Shown: positions 58,356 through 64,000 of the stretch, one piece after another
Layout: each line of letters begins with the position of its first letter
Numbering within the stretch: position 1 is the first letter of the stretch
DNA from: Candidatus Abzuiibacterium crystallinum
GTDB lineage: Bacteria; Omnitrophota; Omnitrophia; Omnitrophales; Abzuiibacteriaceae
Direction: 5' to 3'
Assembly (NCBI GenBank): GCA_002787155.1
Contig: PCVY01000065.1
Coordinates: 65,286 to 129,285 of the forward strand
Length of the DNA: 64,000 nt
The notes under the pieces: model-generated
What the model was told of the DNA's origin: nothing
What the model saw: the letters and a program-made list of their open reading frames with translations, nothing else
Databases searched by the model: none
Program-made: the position numbers and the translations under genes

Positions 58356-59627
58356 TCAATTTTCTATTTGACCGGTTTCACAGATACGGCTAAGCATTTG
58401 GCCGCTTAATTTGATCCGGCGTTTTTGCGTTTGATAATCGACTGCCACTAGCCCAAATCGGGGGCCAAACCCCCAATGCCATTCAAAATTATCTAAAAGC
58501 GACCAATGCAGATACCCGATGACAGAGGCTCCCTCCATCACGGCACGAGCCACCATGAAAAGGTGCGTTTGGATAAACCGCTCTCTTTGATGATCATCGT
58601 CGGTACAGATGCCATTTTCCGTAATTAAAATGGGTAACTTGAACTTAGATAATGCCATCAAACAATCATAAAGACCTGCCGGGTAAATTTCCCATCCCAT
58701 CATGTTCCGTTCCCCAGTTTCCCGGTGATGTGTTTGTGTGCATACTTCGCCGAATAATTCCCTCGAAAAGGAAGGTTTAAAATGAATAAAGTCCCGTGTG
58801 TAATAATTGAGTCCCCAAAAATCGAGGTAGCGCTTGGAAAATACCCACGGAAATGGAATCATCCGTCCAATCAAGAAAGCATCCGACAAAGAATGGTTAA
58901 AAAGAAAATTGCGCATCCACGTGACAAAACGGTCCTGCCAAGATTGGGGCCGACAGGGTGAAAAGATAAGCATGTGTTTGGCCAAACCGACCAATGGATG
59001 TTTGTTGAGTGGCTGATAAATTTGGTGGATCGTTTTATAAGCTTCAACGTGTGCGCGAAGCAGCGAACGAAAAGCGCGGAAAGCAGAGACGATTGATTTT
59101 TCGCCGGGAGGCCAGACACCTATTACGAAACCTTGATAAAGATAAACCATGGGTTCATTAATCGTTATCCAATAGCGCACGCCGAGAGGCGCCAAGGCAG
59201 TGACAACTTCGGTTACAAAACGGTTAAAAAAATAAACGGCTTGCTTTTGCTTCCAACCGCCTTTGCTGCTAAACCAAATGGGATTGGTAAAATGATGAAG
59301 TGTGATGACAGGCTCAAGATTTCTTGCTTGGAGTGCGCGCACCACCTCTTGATAATGCTGAATAGCTTCTTGATTAAATTTACCTTCTTCCGGCTCAATT
59401 CGGCTCCATTCGATAGAAAAACGGTGTGCTTTGTGATTAAGCACTTTCGCAATATCAAAATCTTCCTGAAACCGCACATAATGATCACAAGCAGCGCCGG
59501 AAACATTTTTGGTTTTCCCTGCCTGCTCCCACTGCCACCAATCGTTCAATTGATTATTGCCTTCTACTTGATGAGCAGATGTGGCAGCCCCCCACAAAAA
59601 ATCACTTGGGAACTTCATTGAGTTCAT
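58356..59627 (-). CDS. Glycoside hydrolase family 1
   Basis: FLWGAATSAHQVEG, TINEP, ITENG, WSLLDNFEW. Confidence 0.96.
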   Translation of the reverse strand: MNSMKFPSDFLWGAATSAHQVEGNNQLNDWWQWEQAGKTKNVSGAACDHYVRFQEDFDIAKVLNHKAHRFSIEWSRIEPEEGKFNQEAIQHYQEVVRALQARNLEPVITLHHFTNPIWFSSKGGWKQKQAVYFFNRFVTEVVTALAPLGVRYWITINEPMVYLYQGFVIGVWPPGEKSIVSAFRAFRSLLRAHVEAYKTIHQIYQPLNKHPLVGLAKHMLIFSPCRPQSWQDRFVTWMRNFLFNHSLSDAFLIGRMIPFPWVFSKRYLDFWGLNYYTRDFIHFKPSFSRELFGEVCTQTHHRETGERNMMGWEIYPAGLYDCLMALSKFKLPILITENGICTDDDHQRERFIQTHLFMVARAVMEGASVIGYLHWSLLDNFEWHWGFGPRFGLVAVDYQTQKRRIKLSGQMLSRICETGQIEN

Positions 59628-59647
59628 GTTGTTTAACTATCCGGAAA

Positions 59648-61867
59648 TTAAGATTTCTGTATTATTTTTAATAACATCTTTGGCCATTGTACAGTTGTGA
59701 TAAAAATAAAAACGACTAGCGCAGCTAAAGGTGTGGTGACGGCTCCAAGCAAGACCATCACACCGAACCGTTGCGTGGGTGGAAATTGAGAAAGCGCAAA
59801 AATGCCAAACCCGGCGCCAATGATAACTGAAGTATAAAGAATTGGACGCCAAAGATGCGCTGAGGCTTCTCTCCAACTTAACCACGCCGTTATTTGGTTT
59901 CGGTAATTTCTCCTGACATAAAGAAGCAGGTGGATCATGGCGTCCACCGCAATGCCTATTGAAATATTCACGGCTGGTGCCGCAATAACATCAAGCGGTA
60001 TATGACAATACCCCAGAAAACCTAAAACGGTTGCGGGGATCATCGCTAAACTAAAGAACATGGCGAACGATATTTTGACGGATCGACTCAAGAACCAACT
60101 CATACAGATAAACAACCCGAGCAATAGAATCATTCCCGAGATAAGACTCGATGTCACTAGCTTTGCCATGCGTCCTTGCAAACTGTAAACCCCGCCCAAT
60201 AAAAATGGTTTGAGCTTATGCTCCGTTACAATATTTTCAAGTCGTTTAATGATTTCGGTTCTGCGCCCCTGACGTCCTGTCTCCCGCATCCGAAGCATTA
60301 AAAGTGCTTTTTCACGATCCTCTGTCACAAAATATTTAGCTGCTTTACCAAATCTTTCGGTCTCCAACAAGTCAATAAGCCATTCCATGGTCAACACGCG
60401 TGCAATCACATTGGTTTGAGCTTGGGCCAAGAGAATAGGAAGTGAAACAGCGCTTCCAACCTCTTGATCTTCTTCTAACGCTTCAGTGACATCCCAGAGT
60501 TTTTCGTATGCTTTCCGCTGGTTAAATTTAAGCTGCTCGGAATCTTCTACCGCTATAAATAAGGGACTGCTTCCTCCATTTTGATCGATGTATTCTAGAC
60601 CTTCTCTCATGGGTGTGCCGACTTTAAAGTAAGCCAATAAACTCGGATCTGTATTTAAACGAAAAAGACCGAACGCAAGAAAGAAAGCAACCACCGTTAA
60701 GCCGAAGAAGATGTTCGTGTGGCGGCGATAAAAAAAGGGTTCAAGATTTTTTTCTACCGGCACCACGTTTTTATGTGTCTCATTGGTATGACGTGCCACC
60801 AAAAACATTGGGAAAATAAGATAGGCGCAAAGAAATGAGATCGCCGTCCCTATAGCACCGGCAGCGCCTAATTGTCTTAGTGGTTCTGCCTTAACTAATT
60901 GCAGACTCCAAAAACCTAAGAAAGTGGTCAGCATGCTCCAAAACGATGCTTGAAATGTCATTTGAATCGCTTGCAGAACCAATGAAGAGGGGTGAGCGCG
61001 GCCTGCTGAATGACATTGTTTCCAATTAAAAGTTAAGAAGATCATGTGTGATAGCGTTAATACAAACACGATGGTAGAAAGATTGGCGGTTAAAGGCCCT
61101 GTTGCAATTCCGCTTACCTGAGAAATGATCAGCGTAATCATGCCGGCATTTAAACAAGTTAATAACGTGCCGAATAAAATACGAATTGAACGAAAAACAA
61201 AAATAAGAATGGCGCCAAAAACCACAAATGCCGCTAAAGTGAACACTTTTAGATCTTGAAATAAGCTGCGGCGGAGCAGTTCTGTGATGTACGGCTCTCC
61301 CGAAATCATTAATTCGAAATCATCGGCGTTATTTTGTTTAACTATATTTTCAATTTTGGGAATCAACTCTTCAGAAGAAACTTTCTTAATAAACAAAATG
61401 ATTAAAGTCGACTTTCCATCTTTTGACACCAGAACACGCGACCAAAGGGGCCCTTCTTGGGCCTTTTCCATATTGCCGGGACCGTTTGAAATCGATTGCA
61501 CACTAATCACCTCCTCCAGACTAATCAACTGATCTGAAAGAGTTTTGACTTTGCTTAAATAAGGGTCTGATTCGACGGGGCCCTTGGCGCTGATGATTAA
61601 CTGCGGTTGCTGGGCAAAAAGTTTCTGAATCTCCTTTTCTTCCTGCATTTGAGGATCATGACTCGAAAAAAAGAAGTTTTCTCCGATTTGTGGTTTTAAA
61701 TTAACAATACTGACAAAGAGCGTGAAGCTGATAATCGTAAAAAGACTGCCAACTAATATGGGCGCTGAAAACTTGATGGAATGCCGTTTCAGAGGGATAA
61801 GAAATTCTTGTTCTAGGAAATGGGATATGCGAAGTTGTGCTTCTTTTTTAAATCGGCTTAAATTCAT
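59648..61867 (-). CDS. MMPL/RND-family transporter
   Basis: Two-fold TM architecture; SMLTTFLGF, GIAVDAMIH, SQFPP. Confidence 0.85.
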   Translation of the reverse strand: MNLSRFKKEAQLRISHFLEQEFLIPLKRHSIKFSAPILVGSLFTIISFTLFVSIVNLKPQIGENFFFSSHDPQMQEEKEIQKLFAQQPQLIISAKGPVESDPYLSKVKTLSDQLISLEEVISVQSISNGPGNMEKAQEGPLWSRVLVSKDGKSTLIILFIKKVSSEELIPKIENIVKQNNADDFELMISGEPYITELLRRSLFQDLKVFTLAAFVVFGAILIFVFRSIRILFGTLLTCLNAGMITLIISQVSGIATGPLTANLSTIVFVLTLSHMIFLTFNWKQCHSAGRAHPSSLVLQAIQMTFQASFWSMLTTFLGFWSLQLVKAEPLRQLGAAGAIGTAISFLCAYLIFPMFLVARHTNETHKNVVPVEKNLEPFFYRRHTNIFFGLTVVAFFLAFGLFRLNTDPSLLAYFKVGTPMREGLEYIDQNGGSSPLFIAVEDSEQLKFNQRKAYEKLWDVTEALEEDQEVGSAVSLPILLAQAQTNVIARVLTMEWLIDLLETERFGKAAKYFVTEDREKALLMLRMRETGRQGRRTEIIKRLENIVTEHKLKPFLLGGVYSLQGRMAKLVTSSLISGMILLLGLFICMSWFLSRSVKISFAMFFSLAMIPATVLGFLGYCHIPLDVIAAPAVNISIGIAVDAMIHLLLYVRRNYRNQITAWLSWREASAHLWRPILYTSVIIGAGFGIFALSQFPPTQRFGVMVLLGAVTTPLAALVVFIFITTVQWPKMLLKIIQKS

Positions 61868-61969
61868 ATTAAAACGTATAGTATCCTGATCGGGTTTTAA
61901 GCGCCATTCAATATTTTACTCATGAAACCTTTCTTTTAAATGAATACTTTGTACCTATTTAGCCTACTC

Positions 61970-62005
61970 AAAAAAAGTGCCAAGCAAAGTTTGCCTGGCA
62001 CTTTT
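61970..62005 (-). terminator. Intrinsic terminator
   Basis: Minus strand GTGCCAGGCAAA-C-TTTGCTTGGCAC followed by T7. Confidence 0.8.
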
Positions 62006-62032
62006 AAAAAACCATCTTAAATAATGAACGAT

Positions 62033-62692
62033 TTATTCGACTAAGGCAGACCAAGCCCAAGTGCCGTTCATCGGATACCCCGGATTGTCCGGAGGATTCG
62101 GAACTAAACAAGTATATACGCTTCCGAAACCATAAATTTCCCGGCTCCACCAAAACCAAAAACCTTTCCCGAGACCCGCTAAAACATTGCCTTCGCGCGC
62201 GCCTTTTAAGGTTTGCCCAGGCAATTCGGCAATGCCTAAAAGCCCGTCTGAGAATCCGTGAAGCAGCTTGCGTCCGATAGGCTTCACACCTTCAGCCAAG
62301 GAAGGTTTGAAAAGATCATATTGTTCGCCCATTTGCCAAGGATATTCGGCATCAAACGGAATACCAACGCCTTCATTATCAGCCGGGTTTGCCATCCAAA
62401 AGCCAACAAGTTCCAATCCGCCCCAACCCACACGACCAGCAGCATGACCTATCCCGCGAAAGAACCCTAGGATAGTGCCAACGGTTTTTGACCCTACGTT
62501 ATTTTTAATCAAACCGAATCCTTTGTCATATCCCTTGTAAATTTGCATGGGAATTTCGACAACTCCTGTCACCATGTTGACACCGCCACGCACGGCTTTA
62601 TGTACCATTCCTGACGGAATGTTGTCGGTGGCAGCATAGAGAGGCGGTGCAACGAGCAGTAGAGCAAGAATTGCTCCGATCAATTTTTGCAT
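62033..62692 (-). CDS. Exported protein with two TIGR04073-like repeats
   Basis: KAVRGGVNMVTGVVEIP and KLLHGFSDGLLGIAELP; GGAGG RBS. Confidence 0.65.
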   Translation of the reverse strand: MQKLIGAILALLLVAPPLYAATDNIPSGMVHKAVRGGVNMVTGVVEIPMQIYKGYDKGFGLIKNNVGSKTVGTILGFFRGIGHAAGRVGWGGLELVGFWMANPADNEGVGIPFDAEYPWQMGEQYDLFKPSLAEGVKPIGRKLLHGFSDGLLGIAELPGQTLKGAREGNVLAGLGKGFWFWWSREIYGFGSVYTCLVPNPPDNPGYPMNGTWAWSALVE

Positions 62693-62804
62693 AAATCCTC
62701 CTTTGGCATCTAACACGTTAAGCTATACACCTCATCGTTAGTTTGTCATTAATACTTTAGGTAATTATAGATGTAATCTCAGCGGGGATTGTTTCGGCCA
62801 AAGG

Positions 62805-62839
62805 CCGTCAGCCAGAGGACTGATTCGTCCTCTGACGGA
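62805..62839. repeat. Second copy of the CCGCCAGAGGAC palindrome family
   Basis: 62811-62839 differs from 12086-12114 at two positions. Confidence 0.8.
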
Positions 62840-62968
62840 AAAGTTAACTCCACGATGGCAATTATATGAAATTGAAAGGCGCCAATGCTTGTGGCCGAAT
62901 TTCTTAAGATTGCCTGTCCTATTTTCTCCTATACAAAATCTCCTTTTCTTTGTTCTCAATCAACCCCA

Positions 62969-62996
62969 TTGACTTTTGACCCGCCCGGTATATACT
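62969..62996 (+). promoter_or_regulatory. Putative sigma70 promoter
   Basis: TTGACT-N16-TATACT. Confidence 0.5.
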
Positions 62997-63121
62997 TCTT
63001 CCATTCACGGAGGATGTTAATCCGAAATATTCCTATCAAGATGTTTTAACGATGACCGTTAGAATATCGAAAATCAGGTAGCAGATTGAAACATTAAGTT
63101 TCTCTCTGACGGAAACAAGCC

Positions 63122-63193
63122 AAAGCCTTTTAATTTTGAGTTGCTGGTCCCTTATCCAAGGGAGTGGTGGCATAAAATTAAGAGGCTTTTTTT
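63122..63193 (+). terminator. Terminator/attenuator hairpin in the 5' leader of the 63218 gene
   Basis: AAAGCCTTTTAATTTT...AAAATTAAGAGGCTTT plus T-tract, ending ~25 nt before the start codon. Confidence 0.65.
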
Positions 63194-63217
63194 ATGTGAA
63201 CAGAAAGGAAGAATAAA

Positions 63218-63496
63218 ATGAAGAAGTTTAAATTAATAGCTTTGACATTGCTCTTGGTATTGGTGGCCTTACAAACCGCTGCCATGGCTGAAACCATTGA
63301 GGGTAAAGTGGCGTCTGTTAATGCTGAAACAAGCGAAATAGAAGTCATCGCCAATGGGGACAGTTATTGGGTCGCGTATGACAGCAGCACCAAATGGCCG
63401 GAAGGTGTTACAAAGCCGGATGAGTTGGTTGATTCAATGGTTAAAATTGATGCCGATGATATCAGCTACATCGCATCAAGCGTTGAAAAGATGTAA
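63218..63496 (+). CDS. Small exported acidic protein, possible OB-fold
   Basis: Signal peptide ending AMA; IEGKVASVN; AAGGA RBS. Confidence 0.8.
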   Translation: MKKFKLIALTLLLVLVALQTAAMAETIEGKVASVNAETSEIEVIANGDSYWVAYDSSTKWPEGVTKPDELVDSMVKIDADDISYIASSVEKM

Positions 63497-63535
63497 TGAT
63501 TGAAACGAAGCGTTCTTTAAAAACCCTTTCGAAGG

Positions 63536-63656
63536 GTCGCCTAATTCTGTTGCTTCACGGAAATGGGGGGGCTAATTTGCGAACTCTCTTAAATGAGAGA
63601 AGGGCTAATCTGCGGCCCGAGCGTTTAATAGCCGCCCCATAGGCGTTGCAGATTGT
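63536..63656 (+). ncRNA. c-di-AMP (ydaO/yuaA)-like riboswitch, variant
   Basis: P1 CGCCT/AGGCG, ATGGGG/CCCCAT, AGGGCTAA...GCCCGA hairpin whose loop AATCTGC pairs with downstream GCAGATT. Confidence 0.6.
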
Positions 63657-63683
63657 TTTACTTGCTCATTCAAAAATTTTTAA

Positions 63684-64000
63684 ATGTTAACCATCGCGCT
63701 TCTTACTTTATCTAACTTTTTCATGACATTTGCCTGGTACGGCCATTTACGTTATAAACAAGCCGCCTTGTGGAAAGTCATCATTATTTGTTGGTTAATC
63801 GCATTTATCGAATATTGTTTTCAGGTGCCGGCGAATCGCATCGGTTCTTATCAATTCACCACCGTCCAGTTAAAAACCATTCAAGAAATCATTTCGCTTG
63901 TGGTTTTTTCTATCTTTTCGGTTTGTTATCTTCGTGAAGAAATGAGACTCAACACGTTGGTTGGATTTTGCTTCTTGGCAGCTGCGGCATTCTTTATTTT
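63684..64000 (+). CDS. DMT-superfamily small membrane protein (DUF486 type), runs off window end; not in ORF track
   Basis: Hand translation MLTIALLTLSNFFMTFAWYGHL...EYCFQVPANRIG...QLKTIQEII. Confidence 0.88.
   Translation, partial: MLTIALLTLSNFFMTFAWYGHLRYKQAALWKVIIICWLIAFIEYCFQVPANRIGSYQFTTVQLKTIQEIISLVVFSIFSVCYLREEMRLNTLVGFCFLAAAAFFI

Noticed and set aside
63009-63049. Leader peptide MLIRNIPIKMF
   Set aside because: ATG directly abuts GGAGG with no spacing; no telling codon run.
63005-63115. Glycine riboswitch (GGAG..CCGAA..TCAGG fragments)
   Set aside because: Core GGAGA, GAAGG and CUCUCAGG elements are not properly present.

Overview
Bacterial chromosomal window made mostly of housekeeping genes; no rRNA, tRNA, CRISPR array or transposase was seen. 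A PVC-superphylum lineage, most likely Ca. Omnitrophota, is inferred from rpsP-trmD-rplS-rnhB lacking rimM, a Lys-tailed type-B L31, TIGR04073-like proteins, a BBP2-type porin and two PilT paralogs. Contents: the end of the atp operon, a nuoJKLMN membrane-arm cluster, a long minus-strand run from polA to yraN, an rnf-like cluster, mnmA/bioD/bioA, mutY/ygfZ, ktrAB with a Na+-type PPase, cysK, UDG, glpK, metF, MarR-TolC-RND, GH1 and MMPL. Main observations: (1) a 1393-aa exported protein divided by eight ELR motifs, mostly [RH]-[SAQ]-E-L-R, that fall at the boundaries of a duplicated domain, suggesting a processed polyprotein; (2) an Rnf operon whose membrane subunits seem to have lost their FMN and Fe-S ligand motifs, with a 34-aa peptide in the rnfG slot; (3) a c-di-AMP (ydaO)-like riboswitch variant, with pseudoknot, upstream of a DMT gene missed by the ORF track; (4) a structured leader with terminator at 63.0-63.2 kb; (5) several families of dispersed palindromic repeats, including a two-hairpin ~80-bp element. 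All calls come from motif recognition by eye; no searches were run.
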